Positions 10,723-21,424 of a stretch of 64,000 nt of DNA are shown here, one piece after another (the stretch's first letter is position 1; each line of letters begins with the position of its first letter). Both the position numbers and the translations under genes were made by a program. The notes under the pieces were generated by a model, which was not told the DNA's origin, ran no database searches, and saw only the letters and a program-made list of their open reading frames with translations. The DNA comes from Candidatus Freyarchaeum deiterrae (GTDB lineage: Archaea; Asgardarchaeota; Jordiarchaeia; Jordiarchaeales; Jordiarchaeaceae): the NCBI GenBank assembly GCA_037305845.1, contig CP147778.1, positions 1,440,001 through 1,504,000 of the forward strand. Reading direction: 5' to 3'.

Positions 10723-11208
10723 ATGTCAGAAACCGAACGACCAAAATTAGCAAATCTAGTATCTGTAATTTTTATAATCGCAGCCATAGGCATAATACTA
10801 CTGGGGTACATTTTCTTCCTCAAACCACTATCGTCCGGACCATCAACGAGCTCTTTTTCATCGTTCTCATTTTTACTCGGGACGCCTGAAGGTATTCTCA
10901 CGTTTTTCTCAGGGATATACATTCCAAAGGTACTTTCGATACAAATGAGTGCAAGTAACTATACTTTAATGTACGTATTCGTCATAATATTGGCAGTTAT
11001 ATTAGTTGTTTCAGCTTTCGGATTCGCTTACAGAAAGAAATGGGGATACTATCTTGCCATCATCAGCTCAATTATCCTAATCGCAACTCCATTTCTCGGA
11101 TACATACTAGGTTTTCCAATTATCTACATTGTAGGCGGCGTGGTTCTTCTTGTACTAGGAATAATCTTCATTCTGTATCTAAGAGGGGATGTAAAGAAAG
11201 AATTCTAG
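10723..11208 (+). CDS. Hypothetical membrane protein (about 4 TM)
   Basis: Several hydrophobic spans; GGAGG SD upstream. Confidence 0.7.
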   Translation: MSETERPKLANLVSVIFIIAAIGIILLGYIFFLKPLSSGPSTSSFSSFSFLLGTPEGILTFFSGIYIPKVLSIQMSASNYTLMYVFVIILAVILVVSAFGFAYRKKWGYYLAIISSIILIATPFLGYILGFPIIYIVGGVVLLVLGIIFILYLRGDVKKEF

Positions 11209-11544
11209 TGAAAAGACTCAGTTAATAAATCTCAGAGAAAGAAGCATTAAAAATAGACATTGCTAATATCTTAATCACCCTCTATTTTTATTTATAAACC
11301 ATTAAAACCGAACGAGAAATTAATAGGACATATGATCTGCCCATAAAATAAGTCACGTATAATAGTTAAAGGAGTAATGTATAAAAATTAAAAGACATCA
11401 GCTTGTTCCCTAGATTATTTTTCTAAAAATTATATCTGTAAATCAAATCCTCAAAAAAATAGAGTAAGAGGGCTTCCACCACACAAGCTATCCCAAAACG
11501 TCCTAAACTTGTTCTAAATAGAAAGCTCTACCTAATTGGGAATA

Positions 11545-13040
11545 TTACCCCTTTACAACACCAAGAGGACGCAAACGTGCAACCATAGACGCTATCCCCG
11601 CATCATGCGAAGCTTGCACCACTTCATCAACATTCTTGTAAGCCTCTGGGGCTTCCTCACTCACAACTTGAGCACTAGCCGCCCTAACAAAAATCCCCTT
11701 CGACAAGAGTTTGCTTTTCACACCCTCACCTGAAAAGCTCTTAATCGCCTGAGTCCTACTCATCACACGGCCGGCACCATGTGCGGTGGAGCCGAAACTA
11801 AGCTCCATTGCTTCTTTTCGTCCTCTAAGTATGTAGCTGGCGGTTCCCATGGTTCCAGGTATTATCACCGGCTGACCTATGCTTCTATATTTTTGTGGAA
11901 CTTCTGGATGGTCTGGCGGAAAGGCGCGTGTGGCTCCTTTTCTGTGTACATAAACAGAGTGAGTCTCACCGTTAACCTTGTGCTTTTCTATCTTTGCTAT
12001 GTTATGCGCCACATCGTAAATCAGATGCATATCAAGATCTTCAGCTGACCTTCCAAATACGTTTTGAAAGGATTCTCGTATCCAGTGTGTTATACTCTGT
12101 CTATTTGCCCAGGCGAAATTCGCGGAGGCAGCCATAGCCGCTAAGTAGTCTTGTCCCTCAGGACTGTTTCCAGGAGCGGCTGCTAGTTCTCTATCGGGTA
12201 AATTAATTCCGTATTTTCTTGAGGCGTTTTCCATGATTCGTAGATAGTCAGAGCAGACTTGATGTCCTAGACCCCGTGAACCCGTGTGAACCATTACGGT
12301 AACCTGATTCTCACTTAATCCTAAGACCTTGGCTGCGTCTTGATCAAAAATTTTCTCTACGTATTGAATCTCGAGAAAATGATTACCTGCCCCTAATGTT
12401 CCCACTTGGGCAACCCCTCTCTCCTTTGCTTTGCTTGACACTTTTGAAGTGTTCGCTCCCTCCAATTTTCCATTCGCTTCGCAGTTTAAAGCGTCCTCTT
12501 CCCATCCGAAACCGTTTTTAATAGACCAGCTAACGCCCTCGGAAAGAATTCCGTCCAAGTCTCTAGCTGAGAGTTTAATTTTTCTCTTAGATCCCAAACC
12601 ACTAGGCACATTATCAAACATTTCTTTTGTTAACTCTTTTATCTTGGATTCAGCGTCCTTCCTCTCAAGATTGGTTTTAATCACTCTAACACCGCAATTG
12701 ATATCATACCCAACCCCGCCGGGACTTACAACTCCGTTGTCCTCAATATCAGTAGCGGCTACTCCGCCTATTGGAAAACCGTAGCCCTGATGAGCTTCCC
12801 TCAGTAGAGGACATCCTCTCCTGAATCGGGCAGGGTTACGGAGAATTTTTTTATGCCTGGCAGGCTGCATACGTTAACGGCTTGGATTAGAGTTTGATCC
12901 TTATAAATATCTTTAAGCAATACCTCGTTTGCAATAATTCTGGCTGGAACCCTCATGTAGGGTCGATAATCTTTAGGAATCTCCCAAATGTTTTTATTAA
13001 TCTGCTTAAGAGGAATATTTCTTGTACTCAAAACAATCAC
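11545..13040 (-). CDS. rtcB: RNA-splicing ligase RtcB; two exons (13040/13031-12825 and 12795-11545), about 485 aa spliced
   Basis: Exon 1 ends ..VTLPD, exon 2 starts [11 protein letters not shown]; DINCG, GNHF, HTGSRG, HN, HRKGA, HGAGR motifs intact. Confidence 0.96.
12796..12824 (-). other. 29-nt BHB-type intron in rtcB mRNA
   Basis: CCCG AU|U CAG-G-AGAGG AUGU CCUCU-A-CUG AGGG AA|G; excision restores LPD-AHQGYG; in-frame UGA inside. Confidence 0.88.
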
Positions 13041-13565
13041 CTCAGTTCAACAATAAATAAATCAATTCAGGGAGGGATATATTAGGTTAGAAATTTGACA
13101 GATTGATACTCCGCTTTGTTTAACATGGTTTATATCTGTAACTCTCTTAAAATATTAGTTGTATTTATTTTTAATGCGTATACCAAATTCCAAAGTCCAG
13201 AGAAACAGTTTATCACTATTGATTGTTCGGTGCTTCTCCGTTTTTCTTAGTAGGTATTCCTGGTTTTATATGCCACTTCAAAGAGTTGTTGTATATAAAA
13301 TTATCTAGTTTGCTCAGTAAGAAGATTAAGAATCTCTTAAAAGGGAAGTATTTTTAATTAAATCAGAGTTTTGATATTGAATAGAACCAATGACTTCAAT
13401 GAGAACCTAAGCTGAGAGCAGTTCTTAAATTGAAATTTAGGTTACTAGTATAGAACTAGCAAGCATTATTTCCATATTTTTGGGTACAAAGTAAGGAAGG
13501 TATGCGAAAAATTGAAAACTCCAAACACACAACTTAAAACCAAAAGAAAAGAGCGGCGATGAAGT

Positions 13566-15347
13566 ATGCACCTAAGACAACCCATATGCGTAGTACTGGG
13601 ACACATAGACAGCGGAAAAACCAGCATACTGGACAAAATAAGAGGAACCGCCGTACAAAAAAGAGAAGCAAGAGGCATAACCCAACACATAGGAGCAAGC
13701 ATGCTGGACGCAGAAACCATCAAAGCCATAGGAGGAGAACTCATCAAGACATTCAACATAACACTAACCATACCAGGCATCCTGGTTATTGACACACCGG
13801 GGCACGCGAGCTTCTATAACTTGCGTCGTCGTGGTGGTGCGGTTGCTGATTTTGCTATTCTTGTGGTGGATGTTTTGAGTGGTTTTCAGGCGCAAACCTA
13901 TGAGTGTGTTGATATTTTGAAGTCGCGTAAAACTCCTTTTTTGATTGCCGCTAATAAGATTGATAGGATTAATGGTTGGGTTCCTTCGGGTTCTCTTTCG
14001 GTTCTTAAGAGTTTGGGTAGTCAACCTGATTTTGCTTTGCGTTTTTTGGATGAGCGTATTTATGAGATTATGGGTGACTTGTCACGTCTGGGTTTTCCCG
14101 CAGATCGTATTGACAGGGTGCGTGACTTTACTCGTAATATTGCCATAATTCCTACTAGCGCTGCTAATGGTGAGGGAGTTGCTGAATTATTAGTCGTTCT
14201 GGCAGGTTTGGCTCAGCAGTATTTAGCTAAACGTTTAGAGGTTAGTGAAGGCCCCGCCAGAGGAGTGGTTTTGGAGGTAAAAGAAGAGCCAGGTTTGGGT
14301 CACACTGTAGACGCAATAATTTATGATGGTATTTTGCGCAGTAATGATTCGATAGTTTTCGGTGGTTTGGGAAAGGCGGTTAGTACCTCGATTCGCGCTT
14401 TATTGTTGCCCAAGCCTTTAGATGAGATGCGCGACCCACGCCAACGTTTTGACAGCGTTGATGAAGTTGTGGCTGCTGCCGGCGTGAAAATCGTTGCTCC
14501 TGGTTTAGAAGGGGTAGTTGCAGGAGCTCCTTTACGCGTTATTGATAGTTCTTCCAGGCTTGAAGAAATTGAAAAAGAAGTTCAAGCGGATGTAGAGGCA
14601 ATACGCATTGAGACCAGTAAAAGTGGCGTTATTCTTAAGGCGGATACTTTGGGCAGTTTAGAGGCTTTAGTGAATTATTTTAGTGAACGCAAGGTTTCTG
14701 TGCGTTTAGCAGATGTGGGTGACGTAAGCAAACGCGATGTGGTTGAGGCAGCGGTGGTTGCAGATAAGGAGCCTTTTAACGCAGTAGTTTTGGCTTTTAA
14801 TGTGCGTATTTTGCCGGATGCTGAAGAAGAAGCGGAGGTTTCCGATGTCCCCATTTTTCGAAGCGATGTAATTTATGGTTTGTTTGAGGATTATGATAAG
14901 TGGGTTGCTGAGAAGAGGGAGGAAGAACGGCGGCGAGCTTTAGTGGGAGTGGTACGCCCGTTTAAGATTAAGATTTTGCCGGGCTTCATTTTTCGAAAGA
15001 GCAAGCCTGCCGTCGTAGGTGTGGAAGTTTTGGAAGGCTCAATGATCCCCAAAGTCAGACTAGTTAATGGGGATAATCGGCGCGTGGGCGAGATTATGCA
15101 GATTCAGGACGAGGGCGAAACACGACAGGTGGCACATAGGGGTACTAATGTAGCTATTAGTATTCGCGGCCCTACAGTAGGACGTCAAATTCACGAGGGC
15201 GATGTTTTGTATTCGGATATTGCAGAAGTTCAACTTGAAAAGCTCTCGCGAGAACTTGGGGAGGAGCTTAGTCCAGACGAAATGAATGTATTGAATGAAA
15301 TCAAGAAATTCAAAAGAAAGGAACTTTTTAACTTTGACGAAAGTTGA
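13566..15347 (+). CDS. infB: Translation initiation factor IF-2 (aIF5B)
   Basis: LRQPI..VLGHIDSGKT, ITQHIGA, DTPGH, NKID, DTLGSLEAL. Confidence 0.98.
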   Translation: MHLRQPICVVLGHIDSGKTSILDKIRGTAVQKREARGITQHIGASMLDAETIKAIGGELIKTFNITLTIPGILVIDTPGHASFYNLRRRGGAVADFAILVVDVLSGFQAQTYECVDILKSRKTPFLIAANKIDRINGWVPSGSLSVLKSLGSQPDFALRFLDERIYEIMGDLSRLGFPADRIDRVRDFTRNIAIIPTSAANGEGVAELLVVLAGLAQQYLAKRLEVSEGPARGVVLEVKEEPGLGHTVDAIIYDGILRSNDSIVFGGLGKAVSTSIRALLLPKPLDEMRDPRQRFDSVDEVVAAAGVKIVAPGLEGVVAGAPLRVIDSSSRLEEIEKEVQADVEAIRIETSKSGVILKADTLGSLEALVNYFSERKVSVRLADVGDVSKRDVVEAAVVADKEPFNAVVLAFNVRILPDAEEEAEVSDVPIFRSDVIYGLFEDYDKWVAEKREEERRRALVGVVRPFKIKILPGFIFRKSKPAVVGVEVLEGSMIPKVRLVNGDNRRVGEIMQIQDEGETRQVAHRGTNVAISIRGPTVGRQIHEGDVLYSDIAEVQLEKLSRELGEELSPDEMNVLNEIKKFKRKELFNFDES

Positions 15348-15492
15348 TTAGAGGAGTGCCAGTTTTTGGAAGATTTTATATGATACGAGGCAATTTTGGC
15401 AGATTCGCTTAATAATATGAGAAACACTAATTGCGAATGGTTTAAAAGGAGTTCTTGTTAGTATTTTTTGTACCTATTGGAGGTTATTGTTA

Positions 15493-15861
15493 ATGCCCGG
15501 ATTTAAACTGGTTATTTCTGATCCAGAGAAAGGTCGTTCTTTGCAGATTGAGGTTGATGAAGCCAAGTCTCGTTCCTTGTTTGGTACGCGTATAGGCCAG
15601 AAGGTCGATGGTGGACCTCTGGGTTTCGGTGGGTATGAGTTTTTGATTACTGGGGGAAGTGATAAGGATGGTTTTCCAATGCGTAAGGGCATTCACGGTC
15701 CTATGAGAAAGAATATTCTTATGAGCACCGGCCCAGGTTTTCATCCTCCATACGAGGGACAGCGGAAGAGAAAGAAAGTTCGAGGGGATACTATCTCAGA
15801 GGATATGGCTCAAGTGAACATGAAGATTGTTAAAATGGGTGCTAAGAACATCTTTGAATGA
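15493..15861 (+). CDS. rps6e: Ribosomal protein S6e
   Basis: FKLVISDP, ITGGSDKDGFPM, VRG. Confidence 0.96.
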   Translation: MPGFKLVISDPEKGRSLQIEVDEAKSRSLFGTRIGQKVDGGPLGFGGYEFLITGGSDKDGFPMRKGIHGPMRKNILMSTGPGFHPPYEGQRKRKKVRGDTISEDMAQVNMKIVKMGAKNIFE

Positions 15862-15945
15862 TATGATGTTTATTGACCTATTTTTCTCGAATATTGGTGC
15901 TGCTGTCTTTATTTTCCCAGAATTCTGGAATTTGGAGGTTTTCTG

Positions 15946-16461
15946 ATGAGTACATATAAGTTGGGATTAGGTTCTACAGTAGAGTTACGGTTTGCATGTG
16001 ACGCTATGCTAGGACGCCTTGCACGGTGGCTTCGTTTACTTGGCTATGATACCTTTTATTCTTCTGAAATCAAGGACGCTGAACTTTTGGAGGTTTGTTC
16101 GCAAGGAAATTGGATTCTTCTCACTCGGGATGTGGAATTTTTTAAGCAAGCAGTTTTACAAGGTTTAAGAGCAAAGTTACTACAGGAGAATTCTTTTCAG
16201 AACCAGTTCGCCGAGGTTGTGGAGAGTTTCGGGTTAAATCTAAGAATTACGCCCGAAGGTTCTCGCTGTCCGACCTGCAACGGGTTAATTCATAGTATTG
16301 ACAAAGAGGAAGTTAAGAATAAAGTTTCTGCGAATACCTTGAATTCCTACGATTCTTTTTTTATATGTTCTAACTGCGGTAAGGTATACTGGATGGGCCG
16401 GATGTGGCGATCTATAGTTAGAATTTGCGAAATGGTTAGCATGAAGTTAGGGAAAAGTTAG
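15946..16461 (+). CDS. Mut7-C RNase (PIN-like) domain protein
   Basis: DAMLGRLARWLRLLGYD, LLTRD, RCPTCNG, CSNCGKVYW.G. Confidence 0.92.
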   Translation: MSTYKLGLGSTVELRFACDAMLGRLARWLRLLGYDTFYSSEIKDAELLEVCSQGNWILLTRDVEFFKQAVLQGLRAKLLQENSFQNQFAEVVESFGLNLRITPEGSRCPTCNGLIHSIDKEEVKNKVSANTLNSYDSFFICSNCGKVYWMGRMWRSIVRICEMVSMKLGKS

Positions 16462-16505
16462 GTTTTTTTGAGCCAATGCATCTATTTTTTGAAAAAAAAT
16501 CGATT

Positions 16506-16663
16506 TTTTGATAATTATATTTCTCTTTATAATATAAAAGTTTTTATGAAAGATTAAATTTTTCGATATATATGATTTTCAAGTTATTACATATATTTTT
16601 ACAAGAAATATTAGATATTTTGATAATTATATTTCTTTTTATAATTTGAAAGATTTTAGGAAA
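16506..16663. repeat. Imperfect AT-rich 46-bp direct repeat (16506-16551, 16618-16663)
   Basis: TTTTGATAATTATATTTCT(C/T)TTTATAAT... 41/46 identical by manual alignment. Confidence 0.7.
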
Positions 16664-16746
16664 AATTTTTTTATAAGTGTTGTTATGAGATTTTTGAACT
16701 AAACTTAATGTGATTTCTAGACTCTTATTCTGAGAGGAATGGTATA

Positions 16747-17361
16747 ATGACTCTTGAGGAAGGTAGATTTCTAGTTAAGCTCGCTCGTCGGGCTGCTGAG
16801 ACTTATGTTAAAGAAGACGTGAAGATTAAGGTTCCTGAAGAAACCCCAGCTAAGCTGCTTGAGAATAGTGGCGTTTTTGTGACTCTGAATACTGTTTCTA
16901 AAGGAGGAGATAAGCGGTTGCGCGGTTGTATAGGTTTCCCTCTCCCCTACCTTCCTTTGGCTCAGGCGGTCATCGAGTCAGCAATCAGCGCTGCCAGCGC
17001 AGATCCCAGATTTCCTCCCGTGGAGCCTAGTGAATTGGACGATATTGTGGTCGAGGTTACTGTTTTAACACCTCCTACTTTAATCGAAGCTAAAGAGCCT
17101 AAGGAATACCCCGACAAGATTAAAGTTGGTAAACATGGTTTGGTAGTTGAACGGGGGCCCTACAAAGGGTTGCTTCTCCCTCAGGTTCCAGTGGATTGGA
17201 ACTGGAATGAGGAAGAGTTCTTGTGTGAATGCTGTGTTAAAGCGGGGCTTCCACCCGATTCGTGGTGCGATAAGAAAACCAAAGTCTATTGTTTTCAAGG
17301 AATTATTTACGAGGAAGAAAGTCCTAATGGAGAGATAGTTGAGCGTTCATTGAAGGAGTAG
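16747..17361 (+). CDS. AMMECR1/TIGR00296-family protein
   Basis: GVFVTL, LRGCIG, DPRF, GLLLPQV. Confidence 0.95.
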   Translation: MTLEEGRFLVKLARRAAETYVKEDVKIKVPEETPAKLLENSGVFVTLNTVSKGGDKRLRGCIGFPLPYLPLAQAVIESAISAASADPRFPPVEPSELDDIVVEVTVLTPPTLIEAKEPKEYPDKIKVGKHGLVVERGPYKGLLLPQVPVDWNWNEEEFLCECCVKAGLPPDSWCDKKTKVYCFQGIIYEEESPNGEIVERSLKE

Positions 17362-17383
17362 TTATTTACGGAGGCTTTCAGGA

Positions 17384-18559
17384 ATGAGAGTGTACTTTTC
17401 CCCAAATGGAATGGCTCTGGGTCATGCGGGACGCCTTGTTCCTATTGCAAAGAAACTAATCAGTAATGGCGACGAGGTTCTCTTCTCAACTTATGGAGAT
17501 GCGGTGGGTTTTGTTAAGGCGGCGGGTATGCCTGTGGTTAGTGTACCTAGAATGGGACTTGTTGAGAGTCCAGATGGTACTATTGAGATGCTCAAAACCA
17601 GTATTAGATGGCCTAAGTATGTTTGGATTTTTATGAAGCAGGTCATTTCCGAAATTAGGCTCTTGAATAGTTTCAAGCCCAGTGTAGCGGTATCAGATTC
17701 TCGTTTGTCCACTGTTTTGGCCTGCTGGTTGTTGAGAATTCCTTGTCTTCTGTTACTGCATCAGATTAAGTTGCTAGTACCTCACAAGAAGAAGCTCAGT
17801 AGTTTTAAGGAAAAGCTGAAGCATTTTGCGGAGTGGTTCATTCTTTACACTACCCACCTACTTTGGAATAGGAGCACTAAGATTCTTGTTCCAGATTTCC
17901 CACCTCCGTATACCATATTTAAATCTAATCTTGACGTCCCGGAGAAGCTCATGAGTAAGGTGGAATTTGTTGGACATGTAATTGAAGAACCTCAGTCTCT
18001 GCTACCGAGCCAAAAGGATTTGAGGAAAAAGTTGGGGTTCGATGATCGCCCACTCATCTTTGTCGGGGTTTCTGGAACCAAAAAAGAGAGAGAACTTCTA
18101 GCTATGAGGCTTGATGAAATTTTTAGCGAGTTTCCCGATGAGTATAATATTGTAATGACTTTGGGAAGACCAGATAAACCGGACAACTTTGTGCAAAAGG
18201 GTAATCTGCGTATCTATAATTGGGTCACAGATAGATATCCTTTAATTAAGGCCTGTGACCTCGTGGTATCTAGATCAGGTCATAACACTTTAGCTGAGTC
18301 CATGTATTATGGTAAACCGTCAATTCTTATCCCAACGCCTGCACACACTGAACACCAAGAGAACTCCAAGTCTGCAGAGCGTATGGGTATTGCTAAAGTC
18401 GTGCAACAAAAGGATCTATCGAAAAATATACTGTTGGAGAGTGTAGAGGAAATCCTTAACCACTCAGAGTATAAAACGCGTATAAACAGAATCCAGAAAA
18501 AAATTTCAAATTTGGATGCTATTCAATCGATTATAGATGCCGTCTATCAATTTGGATAA
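17384..18559 (+). CDS. GT-B glycosyltransferase (MurG/GT28-like)
   Basis: G.ALGHA.R N-motif; SRSGHNTLAE..YYGKPSILIP...EHQ.N. Confidence 0.85.
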   Translation: MRVYFSPNGMALGHAGRLVPIAKKLISNGDEVLFSTYGDAVGFVKAAGMPVVSVPRMGLVESPDGTIEMLKTSIRWPKYVWIFMKQVISEIRLLNSFKPSVAVSDSRLSTVLACWLLRIPCLLLLHQIKLLVPHKKKLSSFKEKLKHFAEWFILYTTHLLWNRSTKILVPDFPPPYTIFKSNLDVPEKLMSKVEFVGHVIEEPQSLLPSQKDLRKKLGFDDRPLIFVGVSGTKKERELLAMRLDEIFSEFPDEYNIVMTLGRPDKPDNFVQKGNLRIYNWVTDRYPLIKACDLVVSRSGHNTLAESMYYGKPSILIPTPAHTEHQENSKSAERMGIAKVVQQKDLSKNILLESVEEILNHSEYKTRINRIQKKISNLDAIQSIIDAVYQFG

Positions 18560-18585
18560 AATATAATTTTGAGAGGTTTGTCCTT

Positions 18586-19443
18586 TTGGTTGAGGATAAG
18601 TTAACAGAGAGAAAGGTATTAGAATTTTTAGAAGAAGATCTGGGGTTTGGAGATATTACCACAAATGCACTCATCCCAGAGCAGACCACGGCTGAGGCTA
18701 GGATAATTTCCAAAAGAGAGGGAGTAATTGCAGGTATACAAGAAGCAGACATTATTTTTAAGCTCTTAAATATTGACTCTAAACCGCTAGTAAAAGACGG
18801 AGACAGGGTTACGCGTGGGCAAATTATAGTCGAGTTGTCTGGTTCCGCTAGAAACATCCTAATGGCGGAACGAACGGTTCTAAACATAATGATGCGTATG
18901 AGCGGTATTGCCACTGAGACATCTAAACTAGTGGATGCCGCGAAAAAGATTAACCCTAAACTTAGAATAGCTTGTACCCGCAAGACTACTCCGGGTTTCA
19001 GATATTTTGAGAAGAAAGCCGTCGCCCTGGGTGGCGGTGACATTCATCGGTTCCGACTTGATGACATGGTTCTAATCAAAGACAACCACATAAGTGTAGT
19101 TGGCAGTGTTACTGAAGCGGTGAACCGAGCCAGATCTAAATGTAGTTTCTCCAAAAAAATTGAGATAGAAGTTGAAAACGCTGACCAAGCAATCGAAGCA
19201 GCGAGAGCAGGAGCAGACATAATCATGTTTGATAATATGTCTCCCGAGGATGCCAAAAAAACACTGGAACTCTTAGAGAAGAAAGGACTAAGAGACAGCG
19301 TACTCATTGAATTATCCGGTGGGATTACCCCAGAGAATATCGATAGGTACATGGCTCTTAATGTTAATATTATATCCATGGGTTACATCATCCACTCCAT
19401 AAGGGCCTTAGACATTAGTTTAGATTTCAAAAAAATGAGGTAA
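18586..19443 (+). CDS. nadC: Quinolinate phosphoribosyltransferase
   Basis: ED...GDITT, ER..LN, TRKTTPG, HR..L.D.VLIKDNH, DN, SGGI. Confidence 0.97.
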   Translation: MVEDKLTERKVLEFLEEDLGFGDITTNALIPEQTTAEARIISKREGVIAGIQEADIIFKLLNIDSKPLVKDGDRVTRGQIIVELSGSARNILMAERTVLNIMMRMSGIATETSKLVDAAKKINPKLRIACTRKTTPGFRYFEKKAVALGGGDIHRFRLDDMVLIKDNHISVVGSVTEAVNRARSKCSFSKKIEIEVENADQAIEAARAGADIIMFDNMSPEDAKKTLELLEKKGLRDSVLIELSGGITPENIDRYMALNVNIISMGYIIHSIRALDISLDFKKMR

Positions 19444-19579
19444 AGTCTATTTTTCATCACTTATCCATATAGTTTTAAAAAAAAGCAGTTGTTTTGTTTA
19501 TCATAGGTAGTTTTTTGAGGGCTAAGAATTTCAAAGAATATTCTTGGCTAATTTTTACATAAGCGAGAGTGACTAGACT

Positions 19580-20788
19580 ATGAATCAGAAGGAAGTAAGT
19601 GAATCCCCAGTCGAAATTCTTAAGGAATGGAAAAAAAGTGTTCTTGTACGTTACGGGGAATTGTCGCTTAAGAGCCCTTCAGTTAGAAGCTTTATGGAAA
19701 ATATTCTGATTAGAAACATAAAGTGGATGCTTGATAGGAAAAAAATTCCTTATGAGAGTATCATCAGAGAGAGAGGGAGAATCTTTCTGGACAGCGACTT
19801 TCCCAGAAAAGTGTGTGAGGGCCTCTCAAACGTTTTTGGCATAGTGTCAACCAGTCCGGTTCTGGAAACATCCACGGACATAGATGAAATCGTACGTCTC
19901 TCGCTACGGGTAGCCGAAACTATAATCGGATCGAATGAGAGCTTCGCAGTTAGAGCTAGAAGAGTGGGGACTCATAAATTCACTTCTATCGATGTTGAAA
20001 GAATAGTGGGAGAAGCGATTCTTAATAAAACAAGTAGACTAAACACCAAAGTAAATCTAAAGAAACCTGATAAGTACATTTTCATAGAGGTCAGAGAGAA
20101 AATGGCTTATGTATACCACGAGGTTTTCAAAGGGCCTGGAGGCTTACCTTATAGTTGTGAGGGAAAGATAGTTTCACTTTTCTCGGGGGGTATAGACAGC
20201 CCGGTTGCTGCATGGTTGATGATGAAACGCGGATGTAAGATAATTCCAATATATTTTGATAACTCCCCATACACGGATCAATCTACGCTTAATCGGGCTA
20301 TGAGTGTAATAAAAATCTTAAGAGAATATGCTACTCATGACAGATTTTATATGTACGTAGTTTCTCATGGTAAAACCCTAGAAAAGGTAATTAATCAGGC
20401 TCCTCGTAATCTGACCTGTCTTCTATGTAAGCGAACACTTTATCGCGTAGCTACTGCAATAGCAGAAAGAGAGGGAGCGAAAGGCATTGTGACAGGTGAG
20501 AGCTTAGGACAAGTCGCAAGCCAAACATTAGACAATCTTACGATTCTAAACGAATCTACGAATCTCCCAGTATACCGCCCTCTAATAGGACTAGACAAAT
20601 TGGAAATAGAAGAAATCGCCAGAAAAATTGGAACATACGAATCTTCTAGCATTAACGTTACAAGTTGTGGAGCTGTACCAAAGAAACCAGCAACAAGAGC
20701 AAAATTGGAAAAGGTAAAGTCAGCTGAAGAAATTATCAACTCTATACAAGAAGAGATAAATTCCGTTGAACGTGTTTATATAGACTGA
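19580..20788 (+). CDS. thiI: tRNA 4-thiouridine synthase (THUMP + PP-loop)
   Basis: VRYGEL.LK, GPGGLP, SGGIDSPVA, CLLCKR, TGESLGQVASQT. Confidence 0.96.
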   Translation: MNQKEVSESPVEILKEWKKSVLVRYGELSLKSPSVRSFMENILIRNIKWMLDRKKIPYESIIRERGRIFLDSDFPRKVCEGLSNVFGIVSTSPVLETSTDIDEIVRLSLRVAETIIGSNESFAVRARRVGTHKFTSIDVERIVGEAILNKTSRLNTKVNLKKPDKYIFIEVREKMAYVYHEVFKGPGGLPYSCEGKIVSLFSGGIDSPVAAWLMMKRGCKIIPIYFDNSPYTDQSTLNRAMSVIKILREYATHDRFYMYVVSHGKTLEKVINQAPRNLTCLLCKRTLYRVATAIAEREGAKGIVTGESLGQVASQTLDNLTILNESTNLPVYRPLIGLDKLEIEEIARKIGTYESSSINVTSCGAVPKKPATRAKLEKVKSAEEIINSIQEEINSVERVYID

Positions 20789-20892
20789 ATCATTCGAAGG
20801 AATATTTCCGAAAATTGAGTACTAAAAAAGGTTTAAATACATCTTTTTACTTGGTTTTTGCACCTATAAGTTAATTTAGCTGAGGGAATTTA

Positions 20893-21333
20893 ATGGTTGG
20901 TAAATCACCCAAAGGCGAGTTTGCAGCTCGTACACTCAAGACAAAAAGTAAAAACGCGAGATGGAAAGACAGATATTATAAACGTAGAATGTTACACCTG
21001 GACGTTAAAGCAGACCCCTTAGAGGGCGCTCCGCAGGCTCGAGCCATCGTGCTTGAAAAGGTTGGAGTGGAATGCAAACAGCCAAACTCTTCCATTAGAA
21101 AATGCGTCCGAGTACAACTCATTAAGAACGGTAAGCAGATTACGGCTTTCCTACCGGGCGATGGTGCATTAAACTTTGTTGATGAACATGACGAAGTCAT
21201 TGTAGCGGGTATAGGCGGAGCTAGAGGCGGTGCCTTTGGTGATATACCCGGAGTGAGATGGAAGGTTGTTAAGGTCAACGGAGTGTCTTTAGAAGCCCTT
21301 CTTATAGGAAAGAGAGAAAAACCAATAAGGTAA
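20893..21333 (+). CDS. rps12: Ribosomal protein S12 (uS12)
   Basis: [21 protein letters not shown]. Confidence 0.98.
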   Translation: MVGKSPKGEFAARTLKTKSKNARWKDRYYKRRMLHLDVKADPLEGAPQARAIVLEKVGVECKQPNSSIRKCVRVQLIKNGKQITAFLPGDGALNFVDEHDEVIVAGIGGARGGAFGDIPGVRWKVVKVNGVSLEALLIGKREKPIR

Positions 21334-21424
21334 GGATTATTCCCAAAATTATCTTAAATTATAATTAATGTTAACACTAAGACGAAATAATCAGCATTTT
21401 CCACAAAAAGAGGTAAGTAATGAG

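Noticed and set aside
12796-12824. rtcB (and cbf5) as pseudogenes or programmed ribosomal frameshifts
   Set aside because: Single clean lesion, no slippery tract, other motifs intact; a frameshift would leave extra residues in the active-site motif.
16506-16663. Direct repeat as CRISPR remnant
   Set aside because: Only two imperfect AT-rich copies, wrong spacing, no cas genes.
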